Part shown: positions 37,540-49,829 of the stretch, piece by piece
Numbering within the stretch: the first letter of the stretch is position 1
Layout of the letters: each line of letters opens with the position of its first letter
DNA from: Octopus vulgaris
Taxonomy: Eukaryota
Assembly (NCBI GenBank): GCA_951406725.2
Contig: OX597815.1
Coordinates: 115,258,001-115,322,000, forward strand
DNA length: 64,000 bases
Reading direction: 5' to 3'
Notes under the pieces: model-generated
Told to the model about the DNA's origin: nothing
The model's input: the letters and a program-made list of their open reading frames with translations, nothing else
Database searches by the model: none
Made by a program: the position numbers and the translations under genes

Positions 37540-38255
37540 GAGGGTGTAACAAAAAGGATGGTTTAACAACTATCTAGCAGTAGCACAGGCCCTCAGAAAT
37601 TCCAGGGTAGTGTCTGGCATGCTGGAAGACCATTAGAAGCTTTTGTTAAAGCATGTCTATAGAAGGTCACTCTGATATAAAACTAGATATGTGGAGAATG
37701 GCATTGAACATTTTGGGAATCGTTAGCATGCACGTGATATCATGGCACTCATACATTTCTGAACCTGCGACCCATATTGGTGCTGGATCATGTCACTAGG
37801 GTGAAGAGGGTCTGTGAGGTTCTGTGCGAAACTTATTGAACCTTAAATTTTAGGTTGTGCAATTTCAGGTGAGGCAACTAACCAATGAGGGCGCTTCTGC
37901 AAGTATAGAATCCATGAACACAAACCAGGTGAAGTCAACTTCTCGTGCAGTAACCTCATGTACAAGCATTGCTGGTAATTTTCATGGGCAATGGTCAGTG
38001 ATGGTCATCATCAGTTGTGAGTGGACAGCCATCAAAATGTATATAATCACATGTGCTGCTTGTGGAAATTTTCCTTCTCTGAACTTTTCCATTTTCCTTT
38101 CTGATGAAGAGCTATGCTCGAAACATTAAAAACCTACACTTGTTTCCACCTTTCTTGGGCGTTAAACTAATACATTCCATGTGTATGTCCTCTTGTTGTT
38201 TTGTTATTGCTATTTTTGATGTTCAATTGTTTGTTCAGTTTTGATATTCAATATG
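37540..38255 (+). mobile_element. Penelope-like relic: GIY-YIG-adjacent coding remnant plus pLTR
   Basis: MYIITCAACG motif (about 38037-38066) followed by a hammerhead core at 38101-38124; pLTR homolog at about 48085-48285. Confidence 0.6.
38096..38132 (+). ncRNA. minimal type I hammerhead ribozyme motif (PLE-type)
   Basis: CTGATGA-A-GAGC-TAT-GCTC-GAAA-C: intact core and stem II; stems I and III short or degenerate. Confidence 0.6.
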
Positions 38256-38259
38256 ACTA

Positions 38260-39633
38260 TCATCATTCATCATTCATCATCGTTTAATGTTCCCTTTCCA
38301 TGCTGGCATGGGTTGGACAGTTTGACTGAGGGCTGGCAAGCCAGAAGGCTGCACCAGGCTGCTATCTGATCTGGCAAAGTTTCTACAGCTGGATACCCTT
38401 CCTAATACTAACCACTCCAAGAGTGTAGTGGGTGCTTTTTACATACCACTGGCATGAGGGCCAGTCAAGTGGTACTAACATCGACCATGCTTGAATGGTG
38501 CTTTTTACATACAACCGGCATGGGAGCCAGTTAGGTGACACTGGCAATGAGCATGTTTGAATGGTATTTTTACATGCCAGCGGCACAGGACCAGTCAGGT
38601 GGTACTGGCATCAACCACGCTTGAATGGTGCTTTTTACATTCCACTGGCATGGGAACCAGTCAGGTGGCACTGGCAACAATCACACTTGAATAGTGCTTT
38701 TTTACATACCACCAGCACAGGTGCCAATAAGGCGGTACTGTCATTGGCCATGATACTGATTTCACTTGTCTCAACAGGTCCTCGCAAGTGTAGTTTATTT
38801 CCCAATAATTGAAGGGTACTCTTAAATGGGCTGGTTATGCTGCACTGGCATTGGCCACAGTTACGGTCTCACTTGGTTTGCCAGGTCTTCTCAAGCACAG
38901 CATATCTCCAAAGGTCTCAGTCACTTGTTATTGGCCTTGGTGAGACTCAACATTCGAAGGTCATGCTTCACCCCGTCATCCCAGGACTTCCTAGGTTTAC
39001 CTCTTCCAAGGGTTCCCTCTACTGCTAGGATGTGACACTTTTTCACATAGCTGTCCTCATCCATACACAACACATGACCTTACCAGCACAGTCATCTCTC
39101 TTGGACACCACATCTGATGCTTCTTATGTCCAACTTTTCTCTCAGGCACTTACAGTCGAGTATGCACACTGATATTACACATCCAGCAGAGCATACTGGC
39201 TTCATTCCTTGCAAGCTTACGCATGTCCTCAGCAGTCATGGTCCATGTGCCACTGCTATATAGCATGGCTGTTCACACACGTGTCATACAGTCTACCTTT
39301 TACTCTGAGCGAGAGACCCTTTGTCACCAGAGGAGGTAGGATCTCTCTGAACTTTGCTCAAGCTATTCTTATTCTAGCAGCTACACTCTCAGAGCATCCA
39401 CTCCTACAACTGACTTGGTCGCCTAGGTAATGCAAGCTATCAGCTATTTGTAGTTTTTCTCCCTGGAATGTGACGGAAGCTGTTTTCTGCACATTTTCAG
39501 TGTTTTTTGCAGTTAGCCTTCCTTTGATATTGCTGCACCTGTTATTGGTCCATAGCTTACACCAGGTACATCTTATGGAGCTTCTACCTATGCCTTTCTA
39601 CAGATTGAGCAGTGCCATCTACCTGAAGGGATT
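38260..39633 (-). mobile_element. RTE LINE, 5'-truncated
   Basis: Reverse complement of the PHD insert, YLGD, C-terminus, UTR repeats and tail. Confidence 0.9.
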
Positions 39634-39639
39634 AGTGGT

Positions 39640-39648
39640 ACATACACA

Positions 39649-39730
<82 letters not shown>

Positions 39731-39815
39731 GATAGGGAGAGAGAGGTACACACACACACACACACACACACAGGGATAGGGAGAGAGAGGTACACACACA
39801 CACACACACACACAA
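39640..39815. repeat. (CA)n with a duplicated GGGATAGGGAGAGAGAGGTA interruption
   Basis: Direct observation. Confidence 0.9.
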
Positions 39816-40650
39816 TGATGATAAATAGTGAAACAGCAGAGGAAATAATATATAGTTAAGCAAGAAAAAACATTGAAAATCAAGGAATTTGCAGGAAAAT
39901 GATTGAGTCCATACATATGTTACCAAATAATGCAGCAATCATGAAGTTTTCTACTCTGAATATGTATGTATTCTCTCCCTGTTTTTTTTATATTTTTATT
40001 ATTTTTTTAATTCATAAAAACTAATGTTTTGTAACCCTTTTTTTTTCTGCTTTTTCTTTTCCCATTTTCTTTGATGTCTGTGAGTGAAATAAACGAACAA
40101 CATAGAATTAACACCTGCCATAATAAAACAATGTAACTAGTAGATTGTCATGTCAGAACATGGTAAAAATTTAAAAGATAAAAAAAATGTGCACATTATT
40201 GGCTGTAGAAAGGAAAAAGTGTTAGAAAACAGCAACCACAATAACAACTGCAACAAAGACAATAGCAACATTTATAACAATAACAATTACAAAAAACGAA
40301 AAAAAAATCGGTTGTAATGTTTAATAAGACAATAAAAGGTAGGTTCGGTAAAGCATCAAACTAAAGTACCTTGTGATGTTTTTTTTATGCGCTTTTATAT
40401 TCTCAGTCAAATCTAGACCCACCCTGAATAATATTACCTTTCTTCCTTTTGCGATTAAGTTGATATAAATTAAGTTATTAATCTGTTAATCTACAAGAAT
40501 AATTGTGTTGATATTAAAGAAAAATCCTCCACTGATCTTGAAGGTATTGCTCCAGCTTGGTACATTCAAAGGACTAAAATCAGTATAAGAATAAATATTA
40601 AGACATCGGATCAAAATCAAATCTTGGTGATTATGTAGATGAAGCATACA

Positions 40651-40651
40651 C

Positions 40652-40740
<89 letters not shown>

Positions 40741-40754
40741 CAGCAGCAGCAGTA
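40651..40754. repeat. compound (TAG)n(CAG)n microsatellite
   Basis: Direct observation. Confidence 0.95.
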
Positions 40755-40954
40755 ACTGAAGTTACTATTGTTGGTGTTTAGCCCCTGTTTGACTCCAATC
40801 AAGCACATCTATAATTTGAAATGTACTAGCTGTATCAGACTCTCTTTTTAAAAGGACTGAGAAGGTCAAACCATTTTCATTCCAGCTTCCTGCACTCTAA
40901 GATCGAATCTACCTAGGTGAACTTTGCCTTTCATCTTTTTGGTGTTTATAAATA

Positions 40955-41259
40955 ATGTGGCCGTCTGTCTGAGCGTGGCCATCTGCCAGCCTCGTCTGGC
41001 ACCTGTGTCGGTGGCACATAAAAACACCATCCGAGCGTGGCCGTCTGCCAGCCTCGTCTGGCACCTGTGTCGGTGGCACATAAAATCACCCACTACACTC
41101 TCGGAGTGGTTGGCGTTAGGAAGGGCATCCAGCTGTAGAAACACTGCCAGATCTGACTGGCCTAGTGCAGCCTTCGAGCTTGCCAGACCCCAGTTGAACT
41201 GTCCAACCCATGCTAGCATGGAAAGCAGACGTTAAACGATGATGATGATGATGATGATG
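40955..41259 (+). mobile_element. RTE LINE 3' UTR end
   Basis: Two 62-bp UTR units, conserved terminus and (GAT)n. Confidence 0.9.
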
Positions 41260-41879
41260 TACCAGTCCTGTACCAGGGTTGATTCTCTCTCTCCCTCTCT
41301 CTCCCTCTCTTTCTCTCTCCTTTTTTCTCTTTTTCTTTCTCTTCCCCTCTCCCCTCTCTCTTGGTTGAAATCAGTTGTAGTTAGACCTGAAGAAGGATGA
41401 GGTCTACCACATTTTAAAATGCGCAGGACATGCTGTATGTTATGACAGCACCATTACAATACCCATGGCCAAGCATAAAGTGAGCATTTTAAAAATATTT
41501 TTCAGATTTAACATATCTAGGACCATATTATCCAAAATGCTTTATAAGTAGCTCACTAATCACAACTTGATACTTATTGTTCAGATGAATACACTGAGGC
41601 ACAGAACAGTGACTGCTCTGTTGAGAGATCAATGCAGGTGACTTAGCAAAAGTGAATTTCTCCTTTCTTTCTTAATATTAAATAAACCAGGATTGAAGTA
41701 CTGACTCAGCAAATTATTAACTTTATATATTTTCAATATAAGTAATGATATAAACGTTTAGGTGATCTGAAATATTGAGTTGACTGCCCTTAAACTAAAT
41801 ATACTTTTGTCAAAGAAATTATATCAGTATAGTAATTCTCAAGTCAAACCTTATCATTTATTTTGGCATAAAAACCATT

Positions 41880-42195
41880 ATCGTTTCTGTTACAAGAATC
41901 AAATGGCTACAAACTAGGATCTGCAACTGCTAGAGATACCAATATAACCCATAATTTCTTTGTGGATAACTTGAAGAACAATACTGAAAATGATGATTGT
42001 GTCAAAAGAAACAGCTGGTCTTTGTAAAAGAGCTGGATTAACAATAGTTTCAACTGACATAGAATTTGACCCCAAAAAGTGTTTGTATTTGATTGTTGAA
42101 TGTGGAAAATCAGTCCTACAAAAACTAAAATTATGCACCAACAGTTTTCTATCTCTCCTGTTCCACTCAAAGAAATTCTACAAATACCTAGCTAA
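41880..42195 (+). mobile_element. RLE-type (R4/NeSL-like) non-LTR RT fragment
   Basis: HNFFVDNLK, then DIEFDPKKCLYLIVECGK...FYKYL (RT motifs 5-7). Confidence 0.6.
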
Positions 42196-42872
42196 TGATG
42201 CCCCAAGCATCTCTCTTAAGCTGAATGTTCCTAATCTTGTGAGGTTCTGGTTACCACTGCCACATAAAAAGCACCTATTACATTCTATGAAGTGGTTGGC
42301 ATTAGGAAGGGCATTCAGCCATAGAAACCATTTCAATATAGATATGGAGTCCGAGCAGCTCTCCAGCTGACCAACTACTGTCAAACTGTCCAACACATGC
42401 CAGTATGGAGAACTGATGTTATATATGATGATATTATACAAAAGTACTGTGATTAAAGATTGTGTGACTCGAGAATAATTACTCCAAATTATAGCAGGTG
42501 GAACTCTCCTCTTACAACAAAACAAAATCCTGCACTGCATTTGCAGTACCAGTGCTGATACTAACGTAAAGGATACTAGACTGGTCTGCAGAGGAAATCC
42601 ATTCCATAGCTATTAAATCTTCTGCAAGATCCTGACAGCAACTGGAAACTTCTACAGGAACAGTGGTCTGTTTTGACCTAAGTCAGTGGCTTTTCCCTTG
42701 AATAAATGTTGATATCATTGGCAGGGTAGACTTACATGCATAGAAAACTGGTGATTATGTGTGCATACATGTACAGGTGCACGATTGACCCTGACTGGTG
42801 TAGGCCCTATGTAGTAGCCACTGCAGCTGCAGCAGCAGCAACATTAATATAATATATTATTATCATCATGAT

Positions 42873-42881
42873 CTACTACTA

Positions 42882-42927
<46 letters not shown>

Positions 42928-42943
42928 TGCTGTTGCTGCTGCT

Positions 42944-42985
<42 letters not shown>

Positions 42986-43017
42986 ACTGCTACTACTACT
43001 ACTACTACTACTACTAC
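42873..43017. repeat. compound (CTA)n(CTG/TTG)n(CTA)n microsatellite
   Basis: Direct observation. Confidence 0.95.
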
Positions 43018-44324
43018 AAGAGGCAATAATGATGCATGATTGTATTGTTTTTATGTTTGTTTTTTTATCAGTTCTTACTGATAACAAAGGTGGAGTACAG
43101 TGTTAGGCAAGTGGAGTGGGAAGAATGGCACATGATGTGTTGTTGTTGTTGTTGTTGTTGTGGTTGTTTGAACCCAGATCGACCCTGATCAGGTAAACCT
43201 ATGGTTAAAGACACTCCAGCTATGGCCTTCCAATCTTATTTACTTAGGACTACATTACTGAATGTGTCCTGTCATTTTTAAGATGACAAAATGTGATTTG
43301 AGTGAGACATGGTTGTTGTTTCTAGCAGTTTGAACGACTGCAAGGAAGATCCCTCATTGGCTTGAGTGTTATTGTATTGTTGCTACTGTTTCACTCAAGT
43401 TCAAACATGATTGAGCAAGCCTATGATTAAAGACAATTCACTCATGACCATCCTATGTTTCCAATGTGCAGGGAACTCAAGATCACTTTAGTTAACAATT
43501 TTTTTATTTAAAAAAATGGGAGGGTATCATGTGAGGGATATTTGGCCTGTAACATGGCTGGAGTTGCTCCACCTGGAGCAGTCCTTGAAATTTTTTCTTG
43601 TTCCCTTGAGCAACACAGAATAATAAATAATAAACACAGAATACTCTTGGACTGCTCCCACCCTTCATCATCTTTTAGTTGTGTTTGTGGATTTCGCTGC
43701 ACTTTCTAGCAGTTTGAATGACCACAAAGATATGACGTTTTTAGCTTGTATAGTGTAATGAGATGTGGTGGAATGTAGGCAAATGAAATGAATGATAATT
43801 AGGCATGATCATGATTAAATTGAGTTTAGTTCTGTTGATAAAAATAAAATGAATGTAATAGGCACACCATCTTCAGAGACAAAATATAAAATAATTTTTA
43901 AAAAGTGATTCATTAAATACAAATAAGATGAAAACAAAAGAAGGAAGAGTGGGAGGAGGAAATACAAATTTCCTGATAGCCTAAAGGACACTTAATATGA
44001 AAGTAGTGATAGGTTTATGTGAACAAGACAGAACCAGTTCTCAATTTTCAGTTACATTAAACATTTCACCTGTGGCCTTACTTTAAATGCAGTATATTGT
44101 TATCTTCTGTTTCATAGCCCCACCCAGCTCTGGAGACTGAAGTAGATCTATTTTGTGAACGTGTGTGTGTGTGTGTGTGTGCGCACGTGTGTGTGTGTGT
44201 GTCTGTGTGTGTGTTGTGCAAGTGTGTGTATCTGTCTGTGTGTGTGTGTCTCTCTCTCTGTTGTCTATGTATGTGTGTGTGTATGTATTCAAATATATCA
44301 TGTACATATGTATATTTTCATTTC

Positions 44325-44530
44325 ATCTAGTTTCAGCTCACAAGCTGTGGCCATGCTGGAGCAACATCTTTAGTCGAGCAAATTGACCCCAAGACTTATT
44401 CTTTGTAAGCCTAGTACTTATTCTATCGGTCTCTTTTGCTGAACTGCTAAGTTACGGGGATGTAAACACACTAGCATCGGTTGTCAAGCGATGTTGGGGG
44501 AACAAATGCAGACACACAAACATACACACA
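44325..44530 (-). mobile_element. SINE family A 3' half
   Basis: Homology to 547-850 and 46645-47032. Confidence 0.75.
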
Positions 44531-44590
44531 CATATATATACTTATACATATATATATATGTATATCATGTATATATGTATGTGTGTGTGA

Positions 44591-44633
<43 letters not shown>

Positions 44634-44635
<2 letters not shown>

Positions 44636-46313
44636 GAGGTAGGGGTCCACCAAGGCTCAGTACTTAGCCCCCTCCTATTTATCATAGTTCTCCAGGCAAT
44701 AACGGAGGAATTCAAGACAGGATGCCCTTGGGAGCTCCTCTATGCTGATGACCTTGCTCTAATTGCTGAGTCGCTATCAGAACTGGAGGAGAAGTTTTCA
44801 GGTGTGGAAACAAGGATTAGAATCGAAGGGCCTCAGAGTCAACCTAGCTAAAACCAAAGTCGTAATCAGTAGGAAGGTAGACAAATCACAAACGCCTTCA
44901 GGTAGATGGCCCTGCTCGATCTGTAGAAAAGGTGTAGGTAGAAACTCTATAAGATACACCAAGTGTAAGCTATGGACACATAAGAGGTGCAGCAATGTCA
45001 AAGGAAGGCTAACTAGGAAGATGGTTTTTGTATGTGGCAGATGCTCAGGAACAATAAACACTGAAAATGCTCTGAGACCAACTTCCGTCACTTTCCAGGG
45101 AGAAAAACTAGAAATAGTTGATAGTTTCCGTTACCTAGGTGACCAAGTCAGCAGCGGGGGCGGGTGTGCTGAAAGTGTAACTGCTAGAGTAAGAATAGCT
45201 TGGGCAAAGTTCAGAGAGCTCTTACCTCTGCTGGTGACAAAAGGCCTCTCGCACAGAGTGAAAGGCAGACTGTATGATGCGTGTATACGAACAGCCATGC
45301 TACATGGCAGTGAAACATGGGCAGTGACTGCTGAGGATATGCGTAAGCTCGCAAGAAATGAAGCCAGTATGCTCCGATGGATGTGTAATGTCAGTACTCA
45401 TACTCGGCAGAGTGTAAGTACCTTGAGAGAAAAGCTGGACCTAAGAAGCATCAGTTGTGGTGTGCAAGAGAGACGTTTGCGCTGGTATGGTCATGTGGCG
45501 AGAATGGATGAAGATAGTTGTGTGAAAAAGTGCCACACCCTAGCGGTTGAGGGAACCTGTGGAAGAGGCAGACCCAGGAAAACCTGGGACGAGGTGGTGA
45601 AGCACGACCTTCGAACTTTAGGTCTCACTGAGGAAATGACTAGCGACCGAGTCCTCTGGAAGTGTACTGTGCGCGAGAAGACCTGGCAGGACAAGTGAGT
45701 CCATAACCCGTGGCCTTCTACATGGGATGGAGCCGGCCTACGTATGCATACCTTCCCTTCTTGGGACACAAAACTCTACTTGTGAAGACCTGTTGAGGCA
45801 AGTGAGGATCAGAATCGAAATCGATCAATGGAAATTGCAGATGTGTTACCAGTGCCGGTGGCATGTCGAAACTCTACTTGTGAAGACCCGTTGAGGCAAG
45901 TGAGGATCAGAATTGAAATCGATCAATGGAAATCGATCAATGGAAATTGCAGATGTGTTACCAGTGCCGATGGCATGTAAGAGAACCTTCCGTTTCGCGA
46001 CCGTTGCCAGCACCGCCCCGTTTCGTGTCTGTTGCCAGCCTCACCTGGCCCTCGTGCCGGTGGCACATAAAAAGCACCATCCGTTCGTGGCCGTTCGCCA
46101 GCTCTGTCTGGCACCTGTGCGGGTGGCACGTAAAAAGCACCCACTACACTCTCGGAGTGGTTGGCGTTAGGAAGGGCATCCAGCCGTAGAAACACTGCCA
46201 GATTTGACTGGGCCTGATGAAGCCTTCTGGCTTCACAGACCCCAGTAGAACCGTCCAACCCATGCTAGCATGGAAAATGGACGCTAAACGATGATGATGA
46301 TGATGATGATGAT
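44634..46313 (+). mobile_element. RTE LINE, 5'-truncated, young copy
   Basis: HQGSVLSPLLF, LYADD, 311-aa open C-terminal ORF 44763-45698, UTR and (GAT)n. Confidence 0.95.
44763..45698 (+). pseudogene. RTE ORF C-terminal part (RT motifs 6-7 with PHD-like insert, thumb)
   Basis: GLRVNLAKTKV - CSIC...CKLWTHKRC...CGRC - VDSFRYLGD - LHGSETW - LRWYGHV - GRGRPRKTW. Confidence 0.9.
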
Positions 46314-46644
46314 ATACTTATATGTGTCTGTATGAGTTAGGGGTTAATAAACCATATAAGGGATATTAAATATCCAGTATACTACTGGATGCATAGCTAC
46401 ATATTTTTAACCAAGTGCTTACTACTGAATGGCAATATTGCAATTGAATACTAGGTATGCGTGGGGATAAATTGGAAATTTTCCTAGGATTTATAAGGCA
46501 AATAAGAAAATGGAGAGGATATAAAAACCAACAAACATCAGCCTGTGATCACCCCATTATATCTATTTTTTAAATAATAACAAACAAGTGTTTAAGTGGC
46601 ACAAGCAAACGAATGAGATCAACCAATAAATACATAAACAGATA

Positions 46645-47032
46645 TACTCTTTTACTTGTTTCAGTCATTTGACTGTAGCAATGCTGGAGCACCACCTTTA
46701 GTCAAGCAAATCGACCCCAGGACTTATTCTTTGTAAGCCTAGTACTTATTCTATCAGTCTCTTTTGCCAAACTGCTAAGTTACAGGGACGTAAACACACT
46801 AGCATCGGTTGACAAGCAATGTTGGGGGGTGGACAAACACAGACACACAAACACACATACATATATATATACATATACATATATATGACGGGCTACTTTC
46901 AGTTTCTGTCTACCAAATCCACTCACAAGGCTTTGGTCAGCATGAGGCTATAGTAGAAGACACTTGCCCAAGGTGCCACGCAGTGGGACTGAACCCAGAA
47001 CCATATGGTTGGTAAGCAAGCTACTTACCACA
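46645..47032 (-). mobile_element. SINE family A, near full length with internal (TA)/(CA) tract
   Basis: Reverse complement of head, core and tail. Confidence 0.85.
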
Positions 47033-47089
47033 GAGAGAGATGAATGAATAATAATAGATAAGTGTACAGATACAAATCACTTATGGCTG

Positions 47090-48055
47090 TTTCTACCATG
47101 AGGCCTCAGAATCTTCCAAGTCATCCTCATCATTTCAGTGATATACAGGAATGAGCAAACATTGGACAGAAATTGGATAGTAGTTGAGCCTCAAGGCTTC
47201 TTCAGAGAGAACAAATGTTAGGAAACTAAGAGGTGGGAAATTCAGTTAGAATAATAGAGTAAAGTAAATAGGATAAGATAGAGTAAAATAAGTAAAAATA
47301 AAAAAAATGATGTAATGTAATAGACATGGTAAGGAAAAATAAGAACTTCATTTTAAGGTGTTATTATAATCCATGGTATTCCATCCTGTGGTAAGTAAGA
47401 AAAGTCACTCTCAGGAGATATATCTGTAGGCTATAGTTTACATCGTGTTTCCATTGTACTGAAGGAAATAGTGAAGGTAGTATGTTATGTGGTGGGTCTA
47501 ATGGTATGGTCCATGCTTATTTGATATATATATATATATATATATAATTTAAGATTAGGTAGGTTATATAACACCACTTGCTAAAATCAGAGCCAACGCT
47601 CCAAAAACCACCATAAAAATTACAATAAAGATACGAGAAAGAGTAAGAGTACATGAGCAATGCAATGAACATTTCAAAAATAGGCTTACCCTTGCTTTGA
47701 ATACATAGATACGTAATATATATTTCAATACCAACTGATTTCAAAGTTTGCATGACAAGCATGCTTTGTGATCATCAGCTGAAAATAGCATTTAACATCT
47801 ATTTCTAAAATATTCACTACGTTAGCTCATGTGCATTCCTAACTGTAAACGTCTTACTCCACTTAAAAGAAACTATCGTAAACAAGAAAAATTTAGATAA
47901 GGTAGTATTATTATTACCATTATTTACAGTAGTAATAAGGTGGATATCAAGTCCACTCCTTTACAGGCACAATATAAAGCAATTTAAGATTAGGTAAGGT
48001 ATATAATACCACTTGCTAAAATCAGAGCCAATGCTCCAAAAACCACTATAAAATT
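47090..48055 (-). mobile_element. Penelope-like relic with tandem pLTR-like repeat
   Basis: About 75-bp direct repeat (47547-47622, 47981-48055); degenerate hammerhead core on the minus strand at 47739-47784; weak PTD and SYH-like RT remnant near 47400-47450. Confidence 0.45.
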
Positions 48056-48084
48056 ATATATACATATATATAATTTCATCATGT

Positions 48085-48285
48085 TGAACCATTAGTCCCG
48101 AGACATTTTTTTTCTCTCTCTCTATGTTTTTCATTCACTCTCCTTTTTACCCTCTTAATCCTTTTTGGAAGAGTATAGGTTCGAAACATAAAAGACTTTT
48201 CCATTCTTCCTGAGCATTAAACTAACACACCTGTTTGTTGTTCCTACATGTGTCTTTGTCTTTTGTTTTCTGTAAATTTGAACTA
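48085..48285 (+). mobile_element. Penelope-like pLTR relic
   Basis: GAAGAGTATAGGTTCGAAACATAAAAGAC...GAGCATTAAACTAACACAC, homologous to 38100-38180. Confidence 0.55.
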
Positions 48286-48313
48286 TATATACATGCACAC
48301 ATTCACACACACA

Positions 48314-48378
<65 letters not shown>

Positions 48379-48384
48379 TATATA

Positions 48385-48725
48385 TATATCATATCATTGT
48401 TTTATAGGAACTTATCTATGCTTGCATGGGTCAACCAGAATTTGTTAAGGCAAATTTCCTATGGCCAGATGCTTTTCCTGTCACCAACCCTCACCTGTTT
48501 CCAAGCAAGGTAGTATTTTCCCATGGCTGGATACATTTCCACACAAATTTGTAAATGGAGGACATTACATGTTTGATGANNNNNNNNNNNNNNNNNNNNN
48601 NNNNNNNNNNNNNNNNNNNNNNNNNNNNNNNNNNNNNNNNNNNNNNNNNNNNNNNNNNNNNNNNNNNNNNNNNNNNNNNTGGTGATGCTCATTTACAACT
48701 AAGACATGATGTCAAAACAAGAAAG
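48385..48725 (-). mobile_element. family C RTE-tailed element spanning the gap
   Basis: Colinear with 20178-20412. Confidence 0.65.
48580..48679. other. assembly gap (100 N)
   Basis: N run. Confidence 1.
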
Positions 48726-48888
48726 CTCTCTCTCTCACACACACACACACATGTGCTTGTATAGTTATAGATATAGATATGTATATACAACATAGGTGTT
48801 TGTGTGTATAGAGAAAAGCGAATATACACATGTGCACATATATACCCATACATACAGACATGTTCATATACAAACATATATATACACA

Positions 48889-49120
48889 GGCGGCAAGCTG
48901 GCAGAAACGTTAGCGTGCCGGGCGAAATTCTTAGCAGTATTTCGTGTGTCGTTACGTTCTGAGTTCAAATTCCACCGAGGTCGACTTTGCCTTTCATCCT
49001 TTCGGGGTCGATAAATAAAGAACCAGTTTCGCACTGGGGTCGATATAATCGACTTAATCCCTTTGCCTGTCCTTGTTTGTCCCCCTCGGTGTTTAGCTCC
49101 TTGTGGGCAATAAAGAAATA
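48889..49120 (+). mobile_element. SINE with Nin/Deu-like domain (family D)
   Basis: GAGTTCAAATTCC B-box and TTTGCCTTTCATCCTTTCGGGGTCGATAAA core; homolog at 50558-50785. Confidence 0.8.
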
Positions 49121-49787
49121 TATATACACATATCTATCTATCTGTCTGTCTGTCTGTCTGTCTGTCTGTATGTATGTATGTATGTATGTATGTACTTACC
49201 TCACACTTTATTAATTATTCACACACATACATCATTAATTATATGCAGACACTGTTACACTTCACATCATACACACATACAGAGACAGATACTCCCACAT
49301 ATACACTTAGACACCTACATCGAACATTCTTAAAACAGGTATGTCATTTCTGAAATTCATTCATTGAAACACTCTTCATAAGCCCACATGAGAACACTCA
49401 CACACCCATACGTGCTTTTACCTTCCCAGGTATAAACACTTTTGGAAATACACATGCATACACATACACATACAGACACATGCACACACATGCGCACACA
49501 TGCACACGCACAGACACACATATGGGTGTATGTATGTATATGTGTGTGTTTATAATACAATACTGCTGTAGGGTACGCATATAGTCACTGATGTACATAC
49601 ATATATTTGTACGCATCCACAGATAGTCATATATACACATAGCTACATGTACTCAAATACATGCTTATATACATATGTGAACATACATTATATACATACA
49701 TATACATACACGCATGACTGTATACACAAAACACACCCATAAACATATTTATCATATAAATGTATTCAGCCTGTGGGGAGAGAGAGT

Positions 49788-49829
<42 letters not shown>

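Noticed and set aside
41380-41430. CTGAAGAAG hammerhead-like start
   Set aside because: GAAA core absent; would need several assumed mutations
41585-41637. Possible 53-nt host exon (ttcag|ATGAATAC...ATGCAG|gtgact)
   Set aside because: Splice-like ends only; no recognisable homology or partner exons
42844-43106. Poly-A, poly-S, poly-L and CAG/CAA poly-Q-like ORFs
   Set aside because: Compound microsatellite; the poly-Q frame is flanked by (TAG)n stops and there is no exon context
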